Source: Hamiltosporidium tvaerminnensis FI-OER-3-3
Lineage: Eukaryota > Fungi > Microsporidia
Direction of reading: 5' to 3'
NCBI GenBank assembly: GCA_022605425.2
Contig: CM061248.1
Location: forward strand, 1,364,001 to 1,428,000
DNA: 64,000 bases
Shown: positions 1-10,464 of the stretch, piece after piece
Numbering within the stretch: the first letter of the stretch is position 1
Layout: each line of letters begins with the position of its first letter
Translations under genes and position numbers: made by a program
Notes under the pieces: model-generated
The model's input: the letters and a program-made list of their open reading frames with translations, nothing else
The model's database searches: none
Told to the model about the DNA's origin: nothing

Positions 1-1401
1 TGAACCGGCTGACTTCTCTAAGTTAGATGATGCAGTGCGTGCGGTGTTGGTTAAAAATAAGATACATCTCCGCCCAGGATGTAAAGAGCGGTTGTATCTT
101 CCTAGAACAGAACTTGGAAGAGGCCTACATAGTGTTGAGTTGAGAAGCGAACATATGCTTCTGCAACTCTTGGATTGTCTGGAAAAAAGTAAAGAAATAT
201 CAACTAGACGAGCAGCAATCCTCAAGGTGGAGAATAATAATAAAACCCATCTTGCACTAATAAAAGGCTTCTTAAAAGTAAAGTACAGGTTGGTAGAAGA
301 AGTCACTAAGAAAAGTTTAGAAGAAGCTCAACTTGCAAAACTATATAACGAAATAGAAAAACGAAAACTCCATTCAAAGTTATATAATGCAAGAAAAAAT
401 GAGCTTGTGAGTGTTAGTGACTCTTCCAGGTGGCTAAAGAGAGGAAATATTAGGCCACGAAATGAAGCTGTGTTCTGCTATATCCAGGATAGAAATGTAT
501 TCTGGGGAGCAGATGGTGTGTGTCAACATTGCGGGAAGTCTGGTAAGACTGTGGATCATCTAGCAACTAGATGCGAAAAAATGCTAGGCCATGATTACAC
601 TAGACGGCATAATGAAGTGGTCAGATGCCTACACCTTCTTCTTCTAAATAGATATAAGTTTAAGTCTTCAAAACGAATAAGGAGCCACTCAGTTCAAGAA
701 ATTCTTGATAATGAGTATGCAGAGATAAGAGTGGACACCAGAATTAAAACTGATGTTAAAATTCGGAATAACAGACCGGACATATTTATTTTAGATAAGA
801 AGAAGAATAAGATAACACTCATTGAAGTAGGAATCACTTCCCAAGATTCACTTCAAATAGTTGAAACTGAAAAACTTAGGAAGTATGACCTGCTAGCCAA
901 TGAGTTGGGTCTTATTTATAAGTGTAGTGTTGAGATAATCCCTTATGTGATGACCTGGGACGGTATTGTGACAAAATACCATAAATCTCATCTTAAAAGA
1001 CTAGAAATACCCATGAATGTAGAGGCATACATTCAGTCTATAGTACTTAAGAAAACAGTCGAAACAATTTCCTTTGATCGACGAAGAGGACTTGAGTCAG
1101 GACTAAATGCCGAAGAGAGCTGGGAGAGAGCGTCAATGGGTGTTATTATGAGATCAGAGATGCATGAGGAACCAATACCCCCTTTAAAAGAAGCGAAAAG
1201 AGAGGAAGATGGTGTTAAAATTTTAAAACCAAAAAATAATACACCCCTTATTTCACAAGGAGGAACCACTCTGGAGGAACCGACCAATAACATAAATGAA
1301 GAGTCGGATTTGGAAGAAGAAACAATAGTGGTTAAAGAGGTAGAAGAAAACATATAAAAATGTTAAAAATATTTTAACCCAGAATTTTATTAAATAAATA
1401 A
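1..1401 (+). mobile_element. 3' portion of an R4/Dong-clade non-LTR retrotransposon (restriction-like endonuclease type); 5' part lies outside the window
   Basis: ORF carries RLYLPRxxxGRGL, a CCHC knuckle and RLE motifs. The 3' end is delimited by comparison with the inverted copy at 2005-2120: homology stops at ...CAGAATTTTATTAAATA, so the 3' UTR is only ~40 nt with a short TAAA-type tail. Confidence 0.9.
2..1357 (+). CDS. C-terminal part of non-LTR retrotransposon polyprotein: post-RT region, CX2CX8HX4C zinc knuckle, RLE (PD-D/ExK) endonuclease, acidic tail
   Basis: Frame is open from base 2 (EPADFSKLDDAVR...), so the GTG at 35 is not the true start. Motifs: ERLYLPRTELGRGL, CQHCGKSGKTVDHLATRC, YTRRHNEV, RPDIFI, LIEVGIT, EKLRKY. 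Confidence 0.9.
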   Translation, partial: EPADFSKLDDAVRAVLVKNKIHLRPGCKERLYLPRTELGRGLHSVELRSEHMLLQLLDCLEKSKEISTRRAAILKVENNNKTHLALIKGFLKVKYRLVEEVTKKSLEEAQLAKLYNEIEKRKLHSKLYNARKNELVSVSDSSRWLKRGNIRPRNEAVFCYIQDRNVFWGADGVCQHCGKSGKTVDHLATRCEKMLGHDYTRRHNEVVRCLHLLLLNRYKFKSSKRIRSHSVQEILDNEYAEIRVDTRIKTDVKIRNNRPDIFILDKKKNKITLIEVGITSQDSLQIVETEKLRKYDLLANELGLIYKCSVEIIPYVMTWDGIVTKYHKSHLKRLEIPMNVEAYIQSIVLKKTVETISFDRRRGLESGLNAEESWERASMGVIMRSEMHEEPIPPLKEAKREEDGVKILKPKNNTPLISQGGTTLEEPTNNINEESDLEEETIVVKEVEENI

Positions 1402-1770
1402 GTTTTATTAGTTTGAATAGTATTTATTTATTTTTTCGAAACTTTTGAACATTAATATCCTTTGTTTTTGTTCTGATGTCTAAACGAAAAAATCAGAAGA
1501 GATTTCAACGAAAGAACTGGTTACATAGAGTTGTCATGTGAAAAGCGTGTTTCTACCAAATATATTTTACATAAGGCAGCGTTTACTCTTGTGGGTTTTT
1601 TTGTCTTTCTAAGGGTGAATCGTAAAGAAACTTACACCTTTAAATGGCTTATCTGTTGGAACCGTTAATATTTTTGGTAACAGTAAATACCCTGTTAAAT
1701 AATACTTGTATATTATTATCACTCTTTACTCCATTACATATTCACATAAAATTTATCCTAATTCCCTTAT

Positions 1771-1940
1771 CACTAAACCCTTTAATATACTAAAATCTAA
1801 ATTAACAACCCGTTAACTTAATATAAATTTACAAACACCCTTTAATATACTACGCTATATATTAACACCCTTTAACCTAGTACGCTATATATTAACACAC
1901 TTTAACATACTACACTATATATTAACACTTTTTAATAAAA
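1771..1940. repeat. 30-bp minisatellite, ~6 degenerate copies (ATTAACACCCTTTAATATACTACGCTATAT)
   Basis: Units start at 1771, 1801, 1831, 1861, 1891 and 1921. Confidence 0.85.
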
Positions 1941-2004
1941 ATCACATAATTAACCATTTAGTTAATATACCTTTATAATTAAAACAATACCCCTATATTT
2001 ACAG

Positions 2005-2120
2005 TATTTAATAAAATTCTGGATTAAAATATTTTTTTTTACCATTTTTATATATTTTCTGCCACCTCTTTTACCACAGTTGTTTCTTCTTCTAAATCCG
2101 ACTCTTCAGTTATGTTTATT
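2005..2120 (-). mobile_element. 5'-truncated, inverted 116-bp copy of the 3' end of the R4-like element
   Basis: Reverse complement aligns to ~1285-1397 and translates NITEESDLEEETTVVKEVAENI* versus NINEESDLEEETIVVKEVEENI*, followed by the same 3' UTR. Confidence 0.92.
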
Positions 2121-2251
2121 TGAATTTTCTAAAAAAAACATAATTTCCTAATTTAGATGTTTTTGAAAATTAAAAAGGTAAAATCAAATCTCATTCAATA
2201 TTCAAGCCTTTAAATCAGTATAAAATATAAAAAACACCCAAAAAGATCTTC

Positions 2252-3271
2252 TCATTTGTATATTTCCGATTTAATAAATTTTTCAAATATATAATCATTT
2301 TTGTTTTCATTACTTCCTAAGAAATATAAATTTTCATCATATTCACATCCATAAAATAATAGATTCTCAGCTTTTGCAGTCCCACACTGAACATCACCAT
2401 TAAGAATTTTATAAAAAATATCAATTGAATTGTTTAAACCAACCTGCTGTAAAACCCAAAATATTTTTCTTACCATATTGTGTAAAAATGATTTGGCTTT
2501 TATATTCAGACAATAAACAGAATCCTCAACCATCTCTATAGATATGCTGGTCAATGATCTACAATAATATGCTTTGTCTATTTCAAGTCCTTTCTTTTTA
2601 AATTCTTTTTCCTTGGATTTTTTACAAAAATTTTCAAAATTTTTTACCTCAAAAAAATATTTACAAATTTCTTTCATTAAATTTATGTTCAAATTATTAC
2701 TTCGAAAAAAATATTTATATTTTCTTGAAATACATGAATGCCGCGCATCAAAATCTTTTGGTACCAAAGAATAAGAATGTATTAATATTTCTTCTGGTAA
2801 ACCACTATTTAGCATTTTTATATAATCGTATTCTTTGTTTTTCTCTAAAATAAAATTTTCATTTGAATTATTTCTTTCAACTGTATTTTTTAAAATATTA
2901 CTGTTTTCATCTTCAGTAAGAATTGAAGGAAAAATTACAGACATTACCATATTCTTTGCACTTACACCTGCATCAGTTCTACCGGCAAATGATATATTAT
3001 TTGATATAAAAGAATTTATTAATCCGTTATAATACATCACTCTTAATATTCTTAATTCAACAGTATCTTTGTTATCTTGCATAACTAAACCATGAAAATT
3101 CTTTCCGTAATATGAAAATTTCAATGCAATTTTTTTGTACGATTTTATGTATTTATTCTTTATAAAATTTACAGGTGGAAAAATTATTTTTATTAGTTGA
3201 TCTTTGGAAAGTGAATGCAAATATTTTTCATATTTTGATTTTTCAATTGATTCGTTTTTATTTTTAACCAT
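2252..3271 (-). CDS. PUS3: tRNA pseudouridine synthase, TruA family, Pus3/Deg1-like (positions 38/39)
   Basis: Motifs KKIALKFSYYGKNFHGL, AGRTDAGVSA (catalytic Asp), FDARHSCISRKYKYFF, FENFCK and SFLHNMVRKI. First ATG is at 3271 (MVKNK..., 339 aa); the track start at 3343 is a TTG. Confidence 0.9.
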   Translation of the reverse strand: MVKNKNESIEKSKYEKYLHSLSKDQLIKIIFPPVNFIKNKYIKSYKKIALKFSYYGKNFHGLVMQDNKDTVELRILRVMYYNGLINSFISNNISFAGRTDAGVSAKNMVMSVIFPSILTEDENSNILKNTVERNNSNENFILEKNKEYDYIKMLNSGLPEEILIHSYSLVPKDFDARHSCISRKYKYFFRSNNLNINLMKEICKYFFEVKNFENFCKKSKEKEFKKKGLEIDKAYYCRSLTSISIEMVEDSVYCLNIKAKSFLHNMVRKIFWVLQQVGLNNSIDIFYKILNGDVQCGTAKAENLLFYGCEYDENLYFLGSNENKNDYIFEKFIKSEIYK

Positions 3272-3412
3272 TCGAAAAAAACGGAATTTTTTTAAAGAAA
3301 TAAATGTTAAAAAAAAATTGTTTTTTGAGAAAAGCGAATGCAAGGAACAGAAAATATAAATACCATTTCTAAAAATAAAATAGAAAATAGAAAATTTTGA
3401 AATGTTTGAACA

Positions 3413-3517
3413 TAGAAAATAGAAAATAGAAAATAGAAAATAGAAAATAGAAAATAGAAAATAGAAAATAGAAAATAGAAAATAGAAAATAGAAAATAGA
3501 AAATAGAAAATAGAAAA
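3413..3517. repeat. Perfect heptamer microsatellite (TAGAAAA)x15
   Basis: Direct reading; two further units at ~3381-3394. Lies ~140 bp upstream of the PUS3 ATG. Confidence 0.95.
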
Positions 3518-5272
3518 TAATTATTATAAAAATATCAGTTAAGTACTTTCGACTCTTTTTAGTCTTTTAATAAGACTTCTAATAAATAAACTTTTTAATC
3601 GAATTTTATAAATGACTAATAGATGAAAATTAATAAAATTTTATAAACTCTAACTAATTTCATATTGGGCTGTCAAATATTTAACTTTCTCTACAATTTT
3701 TTGCTCTATTTACATCTAATTTCATCTATTTTTTAAGATTTTATATTCTTTCAATTTAGGAGTACTTGGTTATAGATCTATTATAAAAAATTTTATACTT
3801 TGAGTAAAAATGAAAATATAAACATTTTGGTTTTTACTTTAATTTGATTTATATGGTTGGTTGTCTTTCTTTATTTGTTCTTTTGAACCAGAAAAGGCTA
3901 TTTTCAAATCCCATCAAATTTTAATTTTTTTAGATCATTTTTGTAAATAAAAAATAGTCTTTATAAGTAAAATGATGTTTATTAAATGCCAAGAGTTATC
4001 GCTATAACATAAAGTAATTACTATATACATTTATACATAATACTAGATTCTTCCAAGAATAACCCTAACCTTTTCTTAAGAAATTAGCCAGGCATTTTGA
4101 GTGCTTAAACTTTAAAATAAACTATACGATTAATTTTCTTTATTAAACAAAACAACCCAAGATTAATTTATAATTTAAAGTAATAATCAAGATAATCTTG
4201 ATTGAAATAGAAAAAAAACTAATCGAGGAATTTATAATCTAAAATACTTTTTATACACAAAATGTCGAATTATATTATAAAATTAATTTGATTTGACTTA
4301 AAAATACTTCCTATATTCTATAACCAAAGTTATTTCTGTCTTGTTGCTCTACGAATACTCATACAGTAATCACCGGCTTTCAAAACGGAATTTGAACTTC
4401 AAGAATTTTTTCTTAGGAAATTTAAATCCAAACAATCAAATATAATGCGTATTTCACAAGAAATACTAAAAAAATGAGAGTTCTATTCGTGCCAAAATGA
4501 ATATTACATTCAATTTTTACGACTTTCAAACTTTATAGCATCTTCAATTCATGAGGTAAATATTTTCAGAACAACAAATCATGAAAAATTTCGTGTTTTT
4601 AATTCTCATAAGTTATAAATTATACTCGATACTTATATTCTTTAATGAGAGTAAGTTTTTATTCTAATATAGTATTCAAAATTAGAAAATGCCTTCTTTT
4701 CAGACTTAAAACCAACGTAAACCAAAACAATGATTAAGTGATCGATTAAAGAAAAACAGTCTATATGTTGCAAATCACGGAAATACTAAGATATGATGTA
4801 GGAAAACACATATACTTCATTTTATGTCATACTCTAGCCAAAGAAAAAAAAGTTCATGCTACTCTAAAATTGGAAGATCTAAACATCTTTCCGATTCAAA
4901 TCTAAGATTTTGAGTAGAAATACAATAACAGGATTCAATAATATTATATTATCAACCTATAAAAGATAAATTATGAGTTTATTTATTGTGTAGGATGTTT
5001 CAGATGTTTATCATAAAGATATGAAAAAATAATATCTAAAAAATGAATATAAATATCTTTTTTGATTAAAATGAACATTTTAAATTTGATTTATTCAAAT
5101 TTTTAGCAAATTTCTTAGATCAAATTTTACTTCACAGACTTTCTTAATTTTCTTAAAAAATTTATTTCGATGGGAATTAAGATACATAACACACCATTCA
5201 CATTTTATAGTTGCTTATACTTTAAATAGTGCTTTGAGAAGAATTAATATTTCAAATAATTGCTTCAATAAA

Positions 5273-6013
5273 ATAATTTCACTTTATTTAAAAATATCAC
5301 ATCTTTTTACAATAGTGGCAAGTGTTATATTTGTTTTCATGACATTAACGCAGTTCTAGGTTTAACATAACTAACTGCTACCCCAACACCCCATCGGTAA
5401 CCCCTGCGATACCTACGTCCCAAAGCCTTTCATCTACCAGGTGTGTAGAACCTAATTAATAGGCGAGGCAGTTGCCCGGAGTTCGTTAATGTCCGTTGCA
5501 TGGAGTGTGATCGAAGGCCGAAGCCCCCCCTGGGCTCCCCCAAGACTATGCAGCATTCCCACTTACTCTACACTTTCTGAACCCAATAAACTTCTAGCTA
5601 AGATATATTTCAGAGATTTACATGGGGTCCACCTAGACAGTGCAATGTCATACCAACAGGTATAACCTGCTACTTAGCTCTCCCAGCTTTTAATGGGTTT
5701 TTTATTTTTATATCTCCCAGGCGCTAAGTCTTCTAACCCGAGTGAGCAAGGCTAGGTTTCCATGCTTTTACATGGCGATTACCTACATGTTCAGCTGCGG
5801 TCTGCAATCTGGTTACATAAAAAACTACAAATAAATTCGTAGAAAAAGTTTCACCATTTCTTAGACCTCTCCTCCTCATAACAACTCCCATGGAACAACC
5901 GAAGATGTAGTGTGGTTGTATTCCCACCAAAAATCCAAACAATGATCTCACACCAGTTTCACACACTCATTGCCAAGCAGAAAGTTTTTTATGTGGTTAT
6001 CCTCCCTCCACCT
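5273..6013 (-). mobile_element. Putative non-coding retroposed (SINE-like) insertion, 741 bp, GC-rich and hairpin-rich
   Basis: Exact 14-bp direct repeat ATTGCTTCAATAAA at 5259-5272 and 6014-6027. Abrupt GC rise, many stems whose G-U pairs work on the minus strand, and no credible ORF. Confidence 0.6.
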
Positions 6014-8199
6014 ATTGCTTCAATAAATATCTAATAGTTTTTTTTATCGTTATTGGGTATAATTAAAAAGCACATACAAAATATTTTATATTTATATTGT
6101 ATTTTTGAAAGAATTAGGATTATAATTCTTATTTCGATATCGTATTTGATATATATATGGATGAAATATGATCACAGAAGTGGCATTATTTCTTTTTTGT
6201 TTTGTTCATAATATTTCCTATTATGACTCATAATTTTATAACTTTATCTTCAACACCGAGAAGTATAAGAAGACCAGAACAAGTTAGTAAATAAGGTTCC
6301 TACTTTTAATCCTTCTTAATACAAAATAGTTTAAAGAACTTCATCAATATATTTGATATTTTCATTAATATTACCAATTATCACACATATTTACATAACG
6401 TTAGAGATAAATAATTCAAATTAAACACGATATTCTAATTAAGATTCGTTTTATTACTGATAATATGAACTTAGACAATAGTTTCCCTTTCTTTATAAAA
6501 GCATTTTTTTGTTTTAAAAATTTAAAATTTTTGCAAGATATCTGAGTATAAGTCTATAAACTTTAAAATATTTATAAAAGCAGAAAAATATTATTTTATT
6601 TTATTTAAGAATCAAATATTGCGTAACTTAATGAATTTACAATTAATAAATTTTCAATTCCTTCTTAATTATAAATTGAATAGATTTCATTCGATGATAA
6701 ATTCAGATTCAGTTTTTATTAGCTCTGTATACTCGTTAATTTTCATAAAGAAATAGTTTATTTCTTTTAATACAGCTTTAAAAAAGAAATTTTTTTACCG
6801 AATTCCATAAAATACATATAATGCACACTGATATTAAATTTAAAGCAAAAGGAAAGTATTATATGAAATCCGAAGTAAATTACACTTTATTACCTTTTCA
6901 TAAATTTATATGAACATAAACTTTCCAAAATATTCTTAAGTGAATTTTAGTTTAAAACTTTTCTAATACCCGTTTAAAGCTTGTAAATTCTTTATATTCT
7001 GGTAATATTTTTATATTTAAACGATATATTTGTAGAAAATTACCAATTTTTTATATTATCGGTAGGTTTTGTTTAATTTATCTAATTTATTTAAATTAAT
7101 AACATAAAGAAAATAATTAAACAACAAAAATCAGAAATAATATTAATAGTTACCTTACGCCGACTTAGTCTTTATATTTTGGCGCCCCAAGAGTACTAAT
7201 GTAAAAAATTAAAAAGAGAACAATATATTTTTAACTAATATCGACTTTTTAATTTCCAATTTTTCATTTTGATATAACAGCAAATTTCAATAAAATTAAA
7301 TATTGAGTATAAAAACTTTTAGCTTTCAAAATAAATCATGAAATAAAAAAAACAATTTTAAAAATATGCTTTTGGAAGTTAAAGAAACCTCCTTATTCAC
7401 CTTTTCGAAGGATGTATTTCATTGATTATACAGAATTGTATACTTTTAATTATATAACCAGAATTTTAGTTCATAATAAAATCTTTTAAAATATAAGAAA
7501 GTATTATAAATGCCTTTTATACACATTAGATGTCGAAACTAAAACTTTTTCGTGGTTTTTTATATAAATTAATATTAAAAATAAATTCCAATAAATGGCT
7601 TAGATTTCTGGTTGAAGTTCAGATTTTGCTATATCAATAAAATATATAAACATCTCTGCAAATAATATTGTTTTTGCACTTCGAAGTAATAAGAAAAAAG
7701 CAGACACTGTTTATATTTCAACGAAAAAACCACTTCAGAAAAAAACCCAAAAGTGAAAAAAAAATATTCATAAAAGAGTGCGAAAATTGGATTTAAATTT
7801 TACTAAAAAAACATTGGATCAGAGATTTCTATAAAAAAGATTCATAATTAAGGAAAAACCCCTATTTTTATCATGGTATAAAACTTGTCTGACAGTGCGG
7901 TACAATAACCAAACAAAATATATAAGTTCGCGATTCAATTCAAAATTCGCAATCAAGTTAAGAAAATTCAGTGCCTAAAATTCTTACCCCATTATTTAGC
8001 TAATTTTGAAAACGCTAAGATATAGTTAGAAAAATTTAAGCAAATAATCTAATTAAATGTTTATGTTTTCTTAAATTTTTTACAATTAATTTCTAACTTT
8101 ATATATCATAAGATTCCTAAATATTTTTCACACATTTAAAATTCACAATATAAGAAACCTTCTATTTTACAATTCATGATCATCTCATTTCTTTATTAG

Positions 8200-9280
8200 A
8201 ATCTTAATGGAACTACAAGCTAAATTTAAAAAAGCAAAGAAAGTAATGCTTCTAAGAAATATACGGTATTTGAATATTAAGTTCAAGGTATTCATCACTT
8301 TATTTAACCAAAGGTTGAAATATCCGGTATTAAAAGTAGCTGAAAATTTAAATTGAAGTTTAATTAAGTAAAGAACCAAATCGTTAAATTTAAAAAAGTA
8401 TATAAAACTCTAAAAACTAATTTTTTTATAGGTCAAGCAAAAAAGCGAATAATTACACAGTCAAAATCCGGTGAAATATAGACATTTTACTACTCGATGT
8501 TAGAAATTTCTTAAACATAACTACATATGTGGCATCATGAAAAAGTTAGATACCAATACTTACCTCCTAACAATAGCTATAAATTAAAATAAAGAAAAGA
8601 ATTCGAGTCAATTGGTTGGTTAAGAATTCCTTGAGAATGTATACGTAAAATCAAGAGGAAATAAAAAAAAATGTCTAATTCAGAATAAAAGACCTCAAAT
8701 ATATACTTTATACAAAGTAAAAACATCATAAACTTTATTGAAGTAAAAATTCCCACCCAGATTTCTTAAACTTCAAAAATAGCTAAAGCATGCTCTTTAA
8801 TCTACTCAACTAGGTCTCATTTAATGCTTCAGTGTTCAGATAATCACCTATGGAATAAAATTGAACGGTAATGTGACAAAATAACACATATATCTTAAAA
8901 GACTTCAAACAACCTTAAATATAGAGATATACATAAATCGTTATCTTAAAAAAATATTCTGAATAATTATTTTGAAAAATGAAAAGGGCTTAAGCAGAAA
9001 ACGAATTCCGAAGAACGTCGAGATAGATCGTCAATGAGCGTTATTTAGAATTGAAAGGTGTGTAAATCAAAAATCTATATGAGACAGGCACCGAGAATAT
9101 TTGATAAACACGTAAAAAAATATAATATAATCCTATCTTTAGATTAAGACAGCAAATCAGAAGAATGGTCATATAAATTATAAAGAGAATTTAAGAAATA
9201 CAATAATTCAGAGATTAAAATGTTAGAAGAGAAAATTAAAACAAAGATAAAATTTTTAATTATAATTTTAACAAATAAGT
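8200..9280 (+). pseudogene. Ancient, heavily decayed copy of the R4-like retrotransposon 3' region
   Basis: Colinear matches to 170-1400, e.g. ATTCAGAATAAAAGACC vs ATTCGGAATAACAGACC; AGTGTTCAGATAATCACCTATG vs AGTGTTGAGATAATCCCTTATG; ACGGTAATGTGACAAAATA vs ACGGTATTGTGACAAAATA; CGTCAATGAGCGTTATT vs CGTCAATGGGTGTTATT. Confidence 0.85.
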
Positions 9281-9670
9281 AATTTCTACAAATTCTATAA
9301 TATAATAATGCTCGGTTATTAGCGTTCTAATATAAGTTAAAAATTCGTTTGATTGTTTTAAAAGATGAAATCAAATATAATTTTAGCATCTTTTAGAGTT
9401 GGCATCGTTAAACGCAATTTTTTTTTGTTCAAAACAGTATTTTTCCTATTACACTGAAATAACTAAAAAAATATTTCTAATACACCTTTAGAATATTTTT
9501 GTATCATTCCTTTTCAAATGATTATATAAATTTTAACTTAAATTAACTATCTCTCAATTTCATATTTTTTTTTCTATTTAATATTTTTTTTAAAAAATCT
9601 TTTATTCTAAAATATATTTTTAAATCAAAATGGGTTAATCATTTAATCATAAAATTCTTAAAAAAGGATA

Positions 9671-9673
9671 CCC
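9671..9673 (+). promoter_or_regulatory. CCC motif 4 nt upstream of ATG, preceded by an A/T tract (microsporidian-type transcription/translation start signal)
   Basis: ...CTTAAAAAAGGATACCCTTATATG; CCC/GGG-like motifs near the start codon are a known microsporidian feature. Confidence 0.6.
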
Positions 9674-9677
9674 TTAT

Positions 9678-10463
9678 ATGGAATTTAAAGATAAATTCGA
9701 TACTTTTATAATGGACTGGAAAACACCTGTTATTTCTTCATTTCTTTATATGGCTTATGTTCAGTACGAAAATAAAAGAATATCACAAGTAACACCACCA
9801 CAAAGAAAGAAATTTTCATTACTTACTTTAATGATGGTTCTTCATAATCTAATTTTATGTGTTTTTAGTGGAATCGTATTTTATAAAACTTACAATATTT
9901 TATTAGATTGCTATAAAAAAAGTACGTTTTACAATTTTTTAAATGACGGAAATAAATTTTTGTATAAAAAAATGATCTTTTGGACGAAACTTTTTTATTT
10001 ATCAAAATATTATGAAATAATTGACACAATAATTTTACACGTAAATAAAAAAAGAACTTCTTTCTTACAGATGTATCACCATGCAGGTGCTATTATTTGT
10101 TGTTGGATGCTTGCCAAATGTGAATCACATGTTCCTTGGATATTTGTAGTTCTTAATTCATTTGTTCATACTATAATGTATGCTTATTATTCTTTGACGT
10201 GCCTTGGAATCAAAACTAAATATAAGCATCTTATTACTAAAATGCAGATGACACAATTTGTTATGGGAAATATTTTTATTTTAATTCATATTTTTAAAGG
10301 AGATTTACTTAAAAATGAAAATATTTTTACTTCGTTTAAAGTACTGGCATTGTTGAGCAATGTATTTTATGTTGCTGTGTTATTTGGTTTGTTCAATCAA
10401 TTTTCTAAGCAGACATATTCCAAAAGAATTGCGGAAAGAAAAAAACCGATAAAAAATGAATAA
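9678..10463 (+). CDS. Fatty acid elongase, GNS1/SUR4 (ELO) family, 261 aa
   Basis: FYLSKYYEIIDT, FLQMYHHAG (His box variant), NSFVHTIMYAYY and ITKMQMTQF motifs; multiple hydrophobic segments. Confidence 0.95.
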   Translation: MEFKDKFDTFIMDWKTPVISSFLYMAYVQYENKRISQVTPPQRKKFSLLTLMMVLHNLILCVFSGIVFYKTYNILLDCYKKSTFYNFLNDGNKFLYKKMIFWTKLFYLSKYYEIIDTIILHVNKKRTSFLQMYHHAGAIICCWMLAKCESHVPWIFVVLNSFVHTIMYAYYSLTCLGIKTKYKHLITKMQMTQFVMGNIFILIHIFKGDLLKNENIFTSFKVLALLSNVFYVAVLFGLFNQFSKQTYSKRIAERKKPIKNE

Positions 10464-10464
10464 A
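10459..10464 (+). terminator. AATAAA polyadenylation signal overlapping the elongase stop codon
   Basis: ...AAT GAA TAA A. Confidence 0.55.

Noticed and set aside
1033-1353. 106-aa minus-strand ORF
   Set aside because: Antisense shadow of the retrotransposon ORF; the same applies to 2574-2774, 2835-3032, 11182-11472, 11488-11709, 28668-28856, 29253-29486 and 30635-30829.
5731-5770. Plus-strand CTAACCCGAGTGAGCAAGGCTAGG…TGCTTTT resembles the vertebrate telomerase RNA template region
   Set aside because: Only 7 nt (CUAACCC) match, giving a 1-nt realignment region. G-U pairing favours the opposite strand, no U/A pseudoknot is in the right order, and the island has a TSD.
5795-5875. Minus-strand GAGGUCU…GCAGACC resembling RNase P helix P4
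   Set aside because: The strands are only ~55 nt apart, pairing is incomplete, and the other conserved regions are absent.
5733-5966. 77-aa ORF inside the GC island
   Set aside because: GTG start and no motifs; expected by chance at higher GC.
7180-7190. TGGCGCCC resembling a tRNA-Lys primer-binding site
   Set aside because: Only 8 nt match, with no upstream TG…CA LTR and no gag/pol downstream.
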